Shown here piece after piece: positions 49,940-64,000 of a stretch of 64,000 bases of DNA. The stretch's first letter is position 1, and every line of letters begins with the position of its first letter. The stretch is from Candidatus Eiseniibacteriota bacterium (GTDB taxonomy: Bacteria > Eisenbacteria > RBG-16-71-46), in contig CAVSAC010000014.1 of assembly GCA_963725865.1 (NCBI GenBank), forward strand, positions 1,600,001 to 1,664,000, in the 5' to 3' direction. A program made the position numbers and the translations under genes. The notes beneath the pieces are model-generated. The model searched no databases, was not told the origin of the DNA, and was given only the letters and a program-made list of their open reading frames with translations.

Positions 49940-50923
49940 GCGCCAGGATCGTCGCACTCGGACTCTCGCTCCTGCTGGTCGCGGGCTGCGGAACCGCAGG
50001 CGGCCGGCACGCGAAGGATGACGAGTCGGTGGCCGACTCGCGTGGTCCGGCGCCCGCGGGTGCCGCGCGGCCGGCGGACGAGCACGCGGGTGAGGGCGAA
50101 GGCGAGCAGATCGAGGGGCGCGTGACGCTCGCGCCCGCCGCGGTACGCGCCGGCGGGATCGAATCCGCGCCGGCCGGGCCGCGCGCCATCGAGGTCACCG
50201 TCGAGGCGCCCGGCGAGGTGCGCCTGGACGCGGAGCGCGTGGTGCAGGTGCGGCCCCGCTACGCCGGCGTCGTGCGAGCGCTGTCGCCGCGGCTTGGTGA
50301 CCGCGTGCGCGAAGGCGACCTGGTGGCCGTCGTCCAGAGCAACGAAAGCCTCACCGACTACGAGGTGCGGGCGCCGCTCGCGGGAACGGTGGTGGCGCGC
50401 GATGTCGCCGCCGGTCAGGCCGTCGACGGCGCCAGCGTGCTCGTCACCATCGCCGACCTGCGCGCCGTGTGGGTCGACTTCGCGCTCTATCCGCGCATCG
50501 CCGGGCGCGTGCGCGCGGGCCAGCCGGCGCGCGTGCGCGCCACCTCCGACACCGCGCTGAGCGTGCGCGGGCGCGTCGATTTCGTGGGACCGCTGCTCGA
50601 GCAGGACACGCGCGTCTCGCATGGCCGCGTCGTGCTCGCGAACCACGACGGGCGCTGGTCGCCCGGGCTGTTCGTGGACGTGGCGGTCACGGTGGACCGG
50701 GCGCGCGTGGCGCTCGCGGTGCCCGAGGAGGCCTTGGTGCGCACCGCCGATGGCCCCGCGGTGTTCGTCGCGGAGGACTCCGCGTTCGAGTTGCGGCGGG
50801 TGCGTCCCGGGCGCAGCGACGGCGAGTGGACCGAGATCCTTTCCGGGCTCGCGGCCGGCGAGCGCGTCGTGGTGCGCAACGCCTACCTGCTCAAGGCCGA
50901 GCTGACCAAGGGGGAGGCGAGCC

Positions 50924-50934
<11 letters not shown>
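49936..50934 (+). CDS. czcB: RND periplasmic adaptor (CzcB-like lipoprotein)
   Basis: Lipobox LVAGC, VRAPLAGTVV, IADL..VWV, W.PGLFV, EILSGL.AGERVV. Confidence 0.88.
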
Positions 50935-54148
<3,214 letters not shown>

Positions 54149-54304
54149 GGGAGTTGCGGTGAACACCGAGCGGTGCGCGGCGATCGTGGCAGGCCCGCCC
54201 GCGTGCCAAGACGGCGCAGTGCGCGAGGCGCGCGGAGTGCTGGGAGTGACGCAAGTGGACTGCAGCGTGTTTCAAAACTCCGAAAGGCGGAGTAGGCTGG
54301 CGCA

Positions 54305-55372
54305 ATGATTTCACACGTGAAGGCGAGGTCTGTCTTGCGAACCGTCTCGCGCAACACCGCTGTCGTGGCCCTCGTACTGGCGATGATGGCGCCGAACGCG
54401 GCCTCTGCCTTGACCACCGCCGAATTCGTGCGCGCCGCACTCCGCGACGAGGTGGCAGCGGCCTCTGATTCCTCCGCTGGCGTGTTGTTTGGGGTGCTCG
54501 ACAGCCTCGGAGTCGAGCCGCGGATCTGGGCCGAAGGCGCGGTGAGCGTGGACGATGAACTCCGGCTCGGATGCCCGACTGCGAAGCCGATCCTCGCCTA
54601 CCTCATCCTCAACCGACGGATTCCGCTCCAGGCGCGGATCACGCGATGGTTCCCCGAGCGCGATGGGTACACGCGGGCGCACGACATCCAGGTGCGGTAC
54701 CTGTTGCTCAACTCGAGTGGCATCCGCGACTACGTCCCGATGATTCCGGTGCATCCAGACTCGGCGGTGACCCCGGAGCGGACGATCGAGCTCGCGTACC
54801 GTCATCGGACATTGCTGTTCGACCCGGGCCAGGGCTTCGAGTACTCGAACACGAACGCCAGCTTGCTCGGCTGCATCCTCAGGGTGGAGATGAGCGAGAG
54901 CGTGGATGCGCTCGTTCGCGCACGCTTCGCCGCGATCGCGCCGTCCCTCCGCTACGATGACGGTCATGGGCGTTATCCGCGCGGCTACCCCGGGCCGTGG
55001 CCCTACCACTGGAGCTGCCCGGGCTACGGTGGCGGGCTCATCGGCACCGCTGCCGATGCGATGAAGGCATTCGCGTGGATCGCGTCGCAGCCGGAGTTCG
55101 CGCAGATGACGCGATGGTCGAAGCCAGACGGGTCGCCGGAACGAGCCGAGACCGATCACCGTCTCGGGCTCGGCCTGTTCGGCCGGAGAGATCTCGCGGG
55201 ATGCGGACCGGCTGCGTTCTACGATGGCGACCTCGGACCCTGTCAGATGATCCTGGCCTGCGTCCGCGGCCGCGTCTTCTACGTCGCGACCACCCATCCG
55301 GTCGGACTCGAACGCCTGAACGCGGTGTTCTCGCGGCTGGTGGCGAGATGCGTCGCGACCGGTGATGACTAG
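54305..55372 (+). CDS. Beta-lactamase/serine-hydrolase-fold secreted protein lacking a canonical SxxK
   Basis: LLLNSSGIRDY, FDPGQGFEYSNTN (YxN), GGGL..TA.D; the SxxK position reads LGCPTAK. Confidence 0.75.
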   Translation: MISHVKARSVLRTVSRNTAVVALVLAMMAPNAASALTTAEFVRAALRDEVAAASDSSAGVLFGVLDSLGVEPRIWAEGAVSVDDELRLGCPTAKPILAYLILNRRIPLQARITRWFPERDGYTRAHDIQVRYLLLNSSGIRDYVPMIPVHPDSAVTPERTIELAYRHRTLLFDPGQGFEYSNTNASLLGCILRVEMSESVDALVRARFAAIAPSLRYDDGHGRYPRGYPGPWPYHWSCPGYGGGLIGTAADAMKAFAWIASQPEFAQMTRWSKPDGSPERAETDHRLGLGLFGRRDLAGCGPAAFYDGDLGPCQMILACVRGRVFYVATTHPVGLERLNAVFSRLVARCVATGDD

Positions 55373-55419
55373 CACGGGTTCCAGGACCTGCTGAGCCGGC
55401 GCAGACGAACCATCCGAAC

Positions 55420-55609
55420 GCGACGCGCCAGGACGGTCGCAGGCTGTGGCGCTACGTTCGCCGCTGGATCGTCGAGCGCACGTTCGCGTGGCTGGGCGGG
55501 TGTCGTCGCCTGCTGGTTCGCCACGAGCGGCTCCTCTGCGTCCACGCCGCATTCTTCCACCTGGCCTGTGCGATGCTCACGCTTCGACAGGTCTTGAAAT
55601 GAGTTCTAG
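55420..55609 (+). mobile_element. IS5-family transposase 3' remnant and right end
   Basis: Encodes QDGRRLWRYVRRWIVERTFAWLGGCRRLLVRHER..AFFHLACAMLTLRQVLK*, ending TTGAAATGAGTTCTAG. Confidence 0.85.
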
Positions 55610-55622
55610 ACTCCGCGCCGCC

Positions 55623-57536
<1,914 letters not shown>

Positions 57537-57631
57537 CGATGGCGCAGAAGGCGAGATACGAGACGACCGGCCGAGTAGGATGCGTGACTCGCGAGTAGCT
57601 AAGCGTGACTTGAGGAGTGCATATTTCCGAT

Positions 57632-59650
57632 ATGGAATCCAATCTGACTCCGCAATCGCGAAGTGCAGCCTGGTATGGGGCTCCGATCAAGCTGTTCCTT
57701 GAGGCGCACGAGGATCTGATCCTCGGTGTCCTGACCAGAGCGAGTGTCTTTGAGGTCACGCCTTCGCAGAGCGCAGCCTGGGTACGCGAGATCTCGATCC
57801 TGAAGTCTGCTCTTGTTGGGGTGCCGGGCTGGATCTTCCTCGAATTCGATGTTCCTCGACTCGGGAGTCGCATCGATGCAGTAGTGGTAAGCGATGCAGC
57901 ACTAATACCCATCGAATTCAAAGTAGGAGAGCGGGTGTTCTTAGGTCCAGATCACAATCAGGCGTGGGACTACGGTCTCGACCTTAAGAACTTCCATGCC
58001 GCAAGCCACGACTCGCCGATCTACCCAGTTCTCCTAGCGACGGACGCCGCCGAATCGACTTGCGAATGGCCATCGGCGCACCCTGATGGAGTCCGTGAGC
58101 CACGCCATGTCAACGCACACGAGCTTGCGGCTGCAGTCGCTGATGCGCGACTGGATGCAACAGGGCCGCTCCTCGACGGGGATGCATGGTCAAGAGCCTC
58201 ATACCATCCAACTCCCACAATAGTCGAAGCAGCGCAGGCGCTGTATTCACGTCACACAGTAGAGGCAATAGCTCGGAATGACGCAGGGGCGAAGAACCTC
58301 TCGATTACGTCTCAGAGTGTTGAGGGCGTGATTGAAAAGGCCGCATGCGAGCGGTTCAAAGCGATTGTCTTCGTAACGGGTGTGCCTGGAGCAGGGAAGA
58401 CACTTGTGGGGCTCAACATCGCAACTCGGCGAAGAAGAGTCGATGACGCGGCGCACGCGGTCTTCCTCTCCGGCAATGGTCCGCTGGTGGCGGTGCTGCG
58501 GGAAGCGCTGACTCGAGACGAGGTGGCGCGGCTGAAGTCGAAGGGCGGTGCGACTCGCAAGGGCGAGGTCGCACAGCGGGTGAAGTCTTTCATTCAGTTG
58601 GTGCATCATTTTCGCGATGACGGCATTCGAACGCGCGAGACGAAGGAAGTGCCTCATGACCGCGTCGTGATCTTCGATGAGGCCCAACGTGCTTGGGACT
58701 TGGCCAAAACCGCGGACTTCATGAAGCGAAAGAAGGGGGTGCCGGGCTTCAATCAGTCAGAGCCGCAGTTCCTCATCGACTATATGGATCGCCATCGAGA
58801 CTGGGCAGTGATCATCTGTTTGGTCGGGGGCGGACAGGAGATCCATGACGGTGAAGCGGGAGGAATCAGTACGTGGCTCGACGCGTTGAGAGAGCACTTC
58901 TCGGCGAAGTGGCGTGTCTATATCTCCTCTGAACTGACAGACAGCGAGTATGCGGCCGGGCAAGCCATTGAGAGGCTCAAAGGCGTGTCAAGCGTCGAGC
59001 AGCTTAGTTCACTCCATCTCGCCACCTCGATGAGGTCGTTTCGTTCGGAGAGAGTGTCGGCCTTTGTGAAGGCGTTGCTTGATCTCGACGCAGCAACCGC
59101 GCGGGAGATGCTAGAGGCAGTAACAAGGCGGTATCCGATTGTGCTGACGCGGAGCATCGAGAAGGCGCGAGCATGGCTTCGGGGGCGAGCGCGAGGTTCC
59201 GAGCGCTATGGGCTCGTCGCCAGCTCGGGCGCCTCTCGGCTAAAACCGCACGCTATCGACGTGCGCGTAAAGGTGAATCCCGTGCACTGGTTCCTCAATG
59301 GTGCTGACGACACGCGATCGAGCTACTACCTTGAAGACGTCGCCACCGAGTACCAGATCCAAGGCCTCGAGCTGGACTGGATCGGTGTCACCTGGGACGC
59401 GGACCTTCGTTTCGACGGAAAGAAGTGGCAGCACCACTCGTTTAGCGCGAAGGGATGGCAGAAGGTCAAGCAGCCAGAGCGGAAGCAGTACTTGCTGAAT
59501 GCCTACCGCGTGCTGCTCACGCGCGCTCGCCAAGGCATGGTGATCTTTGTGCCGCCAGGTGATCAGGCTGATCCGACTCGGCCCCCCGGCTACTACGACC
59601 CCACGTATCAGTACCTGCAACGTGTCGGAATGCCCTCCATCGACCCCTAA
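57632..59650 (+). CDS. DUF2075 / Schlafen group 3-like helicase with N-terminal PD-(D/E)xK-like domain
   Basis: RIDAVV..IEFK..QAWDY; GVPGAGKT; IFDEAQR; QIQGLELD; NAYRVLLTRAR; visibly lower GC than the flanks. Confidence 0.88.
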   Translation: MESNLTPQSRSAAWYGAPIKLFLEAHEDLILGVLTRASVFEVTPSQSAAWVREISILKSALVGVPGWIFLEFDVPRLGSRIDAVVVSDAALIPIEFKVGERVFLGPDHNQAWDYGLDLKNFHAASHDSPIYPVLLATDAAESTCEWPSAHPDGVREPRHVNAHELAAAVADARLDATGPLLDGDAWSRASYHPTPTIVEAAQALYSRHTVEAIARNDAGAKNLSITSQSVEGVIEKAACERFKAIVFVTGVPGAGKTLVGLNIATRRRRVDDAAHAVFLSGNGPLVAVLREALTRDEVARLKSKGGATRKGEVAQRVKSFIQLVHHFRDDGIRTRETKEVPHDRVVIFDEAQRAWDLAKTADFMKRKKGVPGFNQSEPQFLIDYMDRHRDWAVIICLVGGGQEIHDGEAGGISTWLDALREHFSAKWRVYISSELTDSEYAAGQAIERLKGVSSVEQLSSLHLATSMRSFRSERVSAFVKALLDLDAATAREMLEAVTRRYPIVLTRSIEKARAWLRGRARGSERYGLVASSGASRLKPHAIDVRVKVNPVHWFLNGADDTRSSYYLEDVATEYQIQGLELDWIGVTWDADLRFDGKKWQHHSFSAKGWQKVKQPERKQYLLNAYRVLLTRARQGMVIFVPPGDQADPTRPPGYYDPTYQYLQRVGMPSIDP

Positions 59651-60097
59651 GTGAGCCAGGACGCTGCCGGGCCTTTGCCAGGCTTGTTCCCGGGCAGTGC
59701 TTCTCCCTTGCCATCCCCCGCTCGCCCAGGCCAGGCTGCGCGTATGCCTCCTCGCGACGACCCCGCGATCCTCGAAGCACTCGAACGCGAGCGCGCGGAC
59801 CTGATCGGCAACGCCACGGTCCTCGCGTACGCCGGCACGTTCTTCGACGATCCGGTCGCCACGTTCGAGGTGGTCTGCATGGCGTCGAACCTCGTCGACG
59901 ACTTCGACGATTACGGGCCCGTGATCCAGGCGGACGAGGACGGCGAGTACTCGCCGGACATCTCCATCCAGCGCCTCCGCGCTGCGCGCGACGGCCTGTT
60001 CGCGGCGTACGATTCCCGCCCGCGGCTGCCGTTCCTCTGGCACTCTCGCGAGGTCGGCTGCTTCCCACGCCCACGTACGTTCCCCGGAGGCCCCGCC

Positions 60098-60395
60098 ATG
60101 TCCACGCAGTCCCTCTCCGAGCGCGACGGCTACGTCGCTACGTTCGACCGCGAGACGTCCACCACGCTGCGGCTGATGCGCGAGTTCCCGGCCGCGAGTC
60201 TCGACCTCCAGCCGTCCGAGAAGTCGGGCCGCGCGCGCGACATCCTGTGGGTGCTCACGGTGGGTCCGCTGGTCGTCACGCGCATGCTGGGCGGCACGCC
60301 GGTCGATCCGAAGACCATGCCGAAGCCGCCGGCCACGTTGCCGGAGCTGCTCGCAGCGTTCGAGCGGGCCAAGGCCGTCGCGCTCGCCGCGCTTA
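60098..60395 (+). pseudogene. DinB-family gene 5' part, interrupted by the IS630 element (resumes at 63964)
   Basis: FDRETSTTLRLMREFP..LDLQPSEKS; joining across the TA gives ..ALAAL-SKTTDADFDAVV. Confidence 0.8.
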
Positions 60396-60968
60396 TTGAT
60401 CAGTGCATAAGTAATGACCCATTCCGGCGCCAGACCTGCCGGATCTTGGCGAGCGCGCCTTCAACCTCGATGGGAGCTTCGGAACTCGGCTGCCGTTGAG
60501 CCCCAACTGGCTCAACCCCTCACGCGAGGCGTTTCGGGTCCCCAGAGGGTGGGCAGACTCCGCCCGGTCGAGCGACCAGTCGACGAGGTCTAACCCGTCG
60601 TGCCCATGCGCCCCGGGACGCGGGCCTGGCCATCGAAGGTAGGCCCCGTGCGGGACGAAGTCGTCGAATGATAGAGTTCGACGTTTCTGGGGTCAGTCGG
60701 CCTGTCGCCGCAACGAGTTGCAGGATCGGGCCGCGGCCCGCAACGCGAATCACTCAGTGATAGCTTCTGGTAAGAACTCTATCATTCGAGGGGGCTTGGT
60801 CAACCCGGGTTGTCCACAGGGCGTGTGCGAGGATCTTCCCCCAGAGGAGTCGATGAAACAGGGGGCCACGACGGCGCAGCGACAGGCTGATAGACTCCGC
60901 GCGGGCTTGAGCAGGTGAAGGAACATGTCAAAGGGCGCCGAGGTTTCGCGTCCCAATGGGGGGTACGC

Positions 60969-61589
60969 ATGGGCCGCAGCAGAGTCGTCCGCGCCATTCA
61001 GGTGGGGATCATCATCGTATCGCTCGCCGGCAGCCGCGCTGTCCGCGCCGAGGTCGCGCTCGGCGCGTCGTTCGGCTACACACACTTCTCCTATCCCAAC
61101 ACCCCGCGCTTCAAGGACGACGTCTTCGGATTCCCCGGTACCCAGGCGTGGGGACAGCCGGGGCTCCGCATCGGCTATCGCGCGCGGGGTGGTCGCTGGG
61201 ACCTGAACACTGATGTTGGTCTCGTGAACGTGCACCATTCCGGGACCATCGGAGCCGACGAGACGACGATCGAGGCGCTGCCGCAATTCCAGGCGAACGC
61301 CCCGAGCTGGCGCGGGCTGAGCCCGTTCGTGAACGGCGGTGTGGGCATCGTCTACGAGACCGCGCTCACGGCGTACGGTAGCTCGTTTACCGCGACACGT
61401 CCCGTGTTTGGCGCCGGCATCGGCCTGCGAAAGCCAGTGAGCGACGGCCACGGGTTCATCCGAGCCGAGTTTCGCTACGACCACCTGCCCGAGCACGTGA
61501 CGGGGCTGAGCCCCTCCGACAACTTTACCTTCCCGGCCACCGACCTGTTCTCGGTCAAGTTCGGTTTCGACCTGGTTGTGGCGCACTGA
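60969..61589 (+). CDS. Outer membrane beta-barrel protein (cargo)
   Basis: Signal peptide, SPFVNGGVG, FGAGIGLR, IRAEFRYD, SVKFGFDL end. Confidence 0.8.
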   Translation: MGRSRVVRAIQVGIIIVSLAGSRAVRAEVALGASFGYTHFSYPNTPRFKDDVFGFPGTQAWGQPGLRIGYRARGGRWDLNTDVGLVNVHHSGTIGADETTIEALPQFQANAPSWRGLSPFVNGGVGIVYETALTAYGSSFTATRPVFGAGIGLRKPVSDGHGFIRAEFRYDHLPEHVTGLSPSDNFTFPATDLFSVKFGFDLVVAH

Positions 61590-61689
61590 ATCAGAGCGTG
61601 GAATGGGAGTGAAGGACCTTGAGACCCGTCGGCCCGGTCATCGAGTTGGAAGTGTGCGCGACGGCGTTTCGGAGGTAGCGAGGCATGAC

Positions 61690-62685
61690 ATGTTAATGCT
61701 TGTGCGGCCGGCCACGAGGTCGTTCGCCTATTGGATCCGCTTGGCCGCTGTCGCGGGCTACCTGATGCTGTCGGCCGGGTGCGGCGATTCCTCCTTCGAC
61801 CCGAGGCATTTGGATCCGTGGTTCGCGGCAGTGGGTGGCTCATCTGCCAACGACGTCTACGCGGTCGGGTCCTCGACGATCTGGCACTACGACGGCCGTC
61901 GCTGGGCCGCCGAGGGCGATTTCTCAGCGTTCATGAACGGCGTCTGGGCACCGGCAAGCAACGACGCGTATATCGCGTGGAGCAGCCCTGACGGTGGGCT
62001 CACCGGGAAGGTCTATCATTTCGATGGTCGCGCCTGGAGTGTGGTGGCCTCCGCCCCGGCGGCGCTCGAGTCTGCCTGGGGCACCTCGGGACGCGATGTG
62101 TACGCGGTGGGGCGCGAGGGATGGATCCTGCACTACGACGGCAGCACCTGGAGCGCCTTTACCACCGGTCGGCACGAATGGCTGCAGGGTATCTGGGGAA
62201 GCTCCCCGCAGGACGTGTTCGTCGCTGGCCCAGTAGACTCGATCCTCCACTACGACGGCGCGCGGTGGACCCGTCAGTACACGGGTGCGCCATCGCTCGC
62301 TGTGTGGGGTAGCTCAAGCCATGACGTGTTCGCGGTGGGCGGGCCCTACATCACGCACTACGACGGCGTGAGCTGGAGTCCTCAGGTGAGCGGCACCACG
62401 AACAACCTGTTCGGGATATGGGGCAGCGCGCCGAACGACGTATTCGCGGTGGGCACAAATGGCACCATCTTGCACTACGACGGCGCCGGATGGAGCGCGC
62501 AGGCGAGCGGCACGACCGGACATCTGTACGGGGTTTGGGGAAGCTCGAAGTACAACGTATTCGCCGTTGGGCAAGAAGCGATCCTGCGCTACGACGGTAC
62601 CCGTTGGAGCCCACCTATCACCGCCCCCCCGTCGCCCCTTGCCCCCTCCCGAGCGGGCCCTGCTCGTCGCCTGACGGCGCCGTAG
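61690..62685 (+). CDS. Lipoprotein with ~7 WGxSxxDVxAVG..HYDGxxW repeats (probable beta-propeller; cargo)
   Basis: Lipobox LSAGC; tandem ~38-40 aa repeats; GGAGG RBS. Confidence 0.8.
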   Translation: MLMLVRPATRSFAYWIRLAAVAGYLMLSAGCGDSSFDPRHLDPWFAAVGGSSANDVYAVGSSTIWHYDGRRWAAEGDFSAFMNGVWAPASNDAYIAWSSPDGGLTGKVYHFDGRAWSVVASAPAALESAWGTSGRDVYAVGREGWILHYDGSTWSAFTTGRHEWLQGIWGSSPQDVFVAGPVDSILHYDGARWTRQYTGAPSLAVWGSSSHDVFAVGGPYITHYDGVSWSPQVSGTTNNLFGIWGSAPNDVFAVGTNGTILHYDGAGWSAQASGTTGHLYGVWGSSKYNVFAVGQEAILRYDGTRWSPPITAPPSPLAPSRAGPARRLTAP

Positions 62686-62822
62686 CCGGGCTGCCCGGCG
62701 GTCGTGGGTGCAAGAGAGCCCTGCTTGTCGTCGGCGATGCTGCCCTGCGAATCACGAGTGATAGACTCTTGCATAGACTCGATCACTCAAGCCCCCTGCT
62801 ACCGCAAGCCGCTGGCTTGCAG

Positions 62823-63913
62823 TCAGTTGGAACACCGAACGCTGGCGTCACGTCGTCGAGGCGGGGCTCCGGAGTGACCTCTCCGAGCACCGCCGAGGCG
62901 CAAGGGCAGGCCCGTGGCGCGAACGAACCCGCGGAGCAGGCGTTGCCGACCGGCGACCGACCGCGCATGGCGCACGGCCGTGCGCGCGAGTTCGTCCGCG
63001 TTGTCCGGGGCGTGGTTGGCCAGCGGGCCGCCCTTGAAGTAGCCCCACACGTACTCGACGGCGTTGAGCTCCGGGGCGTAGGGCGGCAGCAGCACGGTGC
63101 GGACCTGCGGGCAGCGAGCGAGAAACGCCTTGGTCGAACGGGCGCGATGCGTCGCGAGCCGGTCCCAGATCAGGATCAGCGGACCGCGGACGTGGCGACG
63201 CAGCGCGCGCAGGAAGTCGACCAGCACGGCCGCGGTGATGTTCTGGTTCGGGTAGAAGGCCACATAGAGCCCGAGGCGTCGGCGCTGCGGCGAGATCGTC
63301 ACGACGCCGGCCGCCGAGACCTTCTGGCGCGAGCGGGTGCGCTGCCGCAGGATGGGGGTCGCGCCCCGTGGCGCCCAGGTGCGACGCACCAGCGGCGCCA
63401 TCAGCAGGCCGCTCTCGTCGAAGAAGGCGAGCGTCGCCTTCAGCCGCGTGGCGTTTTTTTTACCCGCGACCAGGTGTCGCGGACCCAGCCGCGGATCGCT
63501 TTCTCGTCGCGCTCGCGTGCCTGGCGTTCGGGCTTCTGCGGCGAGAACCCGAGCGAGCGTAGGAGTCGCCCGACATGCGAGGCGTGATAGCGCACCTTGA
63601 ACCGCCGCCGGATCACCTCGGCGACGCGCGGACAGGTCCACAACTCGGTCGCGTAGCCGCAGGCGCGCGGCCCCTCAAGCAGGCGGCCCACCAACTGCTC
63701 GCGCTGCGCCTCAGTCAGCTTCGGAGGCCGGCCCGAAGCGGGATGGGCCGCGAGCTTCTTGCGTTCCCCCAGCGCACGCCAGCGGCGTACCAAGCGTCGA
63801 TTGACGCCGAGTCGACGGGCGACGTCGACCGGAGCGAGCCCTTCACCCAACAGCTTCCATGCCTTGAGTCGGCGTTGCTCCAACTGCTCCGGACTGCCGT
63901 GCGGGCGTGGCAT
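62823..63913 (-). CDS. IS630 family transposase, two ORFs joined by a programmed -1 frameshift
   Basis: HTH ORF (SGRPPKL, LWT, LGFSPQKP) plus DDE ORF (FFDESG, IWDR..H, YAPELNAVE..W); A8 slippery run at 63454-63461. Confidence 0.93.
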
Positions 63914-64000
63914 TGGATCCCTCCCGCCCGCACATTAGGTCATTACTTATGCACGCGTCAATAGCAAGACGACTGACGCCGACTTCGACGCGGTGGTCCA

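Larger units (their letters stand above)
60396..63961 (-). mobile_element. IS630-bounded 3.57-kb cargo-carrying element
   Basis: Terminal IRs TTGATCAGTGCATAAGTAATGACC (60396-60419) and, as reverse complement, TTGACGCGTGCATAAGTAATGACC (63938-63961), 21/24 identical; TA duplication at 60394-5 and 63962-3. Confidence 0.9.

Noticed and set aside
59651..60097. Acidic ORF in frame with the interrupted dinB
   Set aside because: dinB has its own GGAGG-ATG at 60098; the upstream part is unrecognisable and may be a remnant
60495..60516. GTTGAGCC-CCAACT-GGCTCAAC hairpin as an integron attC site
   Set aside because: Too short and lacks the RYYYAAC..GTTRRRY architecture; no integrase nearby
61830..62610. 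Periodic DNA repeats (CACTACGACGG) as a CRISPR array
   Set aside because: They are degenerate coding repeats of the HYDG motif within an ORF; no cas genes

Overview
High-GC chromosomal window from a diderm bacterium. The C-terminal TWGxLKxxYR proteins, FlgD/T9SS-like C-terminal domains and the MurA 'GGCAWGPRP' variant suggest an FCB-adjacent lineage such as Eisenbacteria/Latescibacterota; this is an inference. The housekeeping backbone is amidase, lpdA, rho, rpmE, DUF1385, prfA, prmC, murA and selB, interleaved with accessory genes. Highlights: (1) a four-gene unit between prfA and prmC (Yip1-like membrane protein, membrane-anchored CxxC thioredoxin-fold protein, two tandem secreted Cys-x(n)-DP-x9-Cys hairpin peptides) resembling a disulfide-matured two-peptide bacteriocin-like system; (2) three tandem secreted proteins sharing a terminal TWGxLKxxYR motif, a candidate sorting signal; (3) a 3,566-bp IS630-bounded cargo element with 24-bp inverted repeats and a TA duplication, which precisely interrupts a dinB gene and carries two envelope genes flanked by directly repeated palindromes; (4) an IS5 remnant that may supply the -35 box for selB; (5) a czcCBA efflux operon whose czcA has many indels, probably assembly errors; (6) a lower-GC DUF2075/Schlafen-like helicase. 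No tRNA, rRNA or CRISPR array was recognised.
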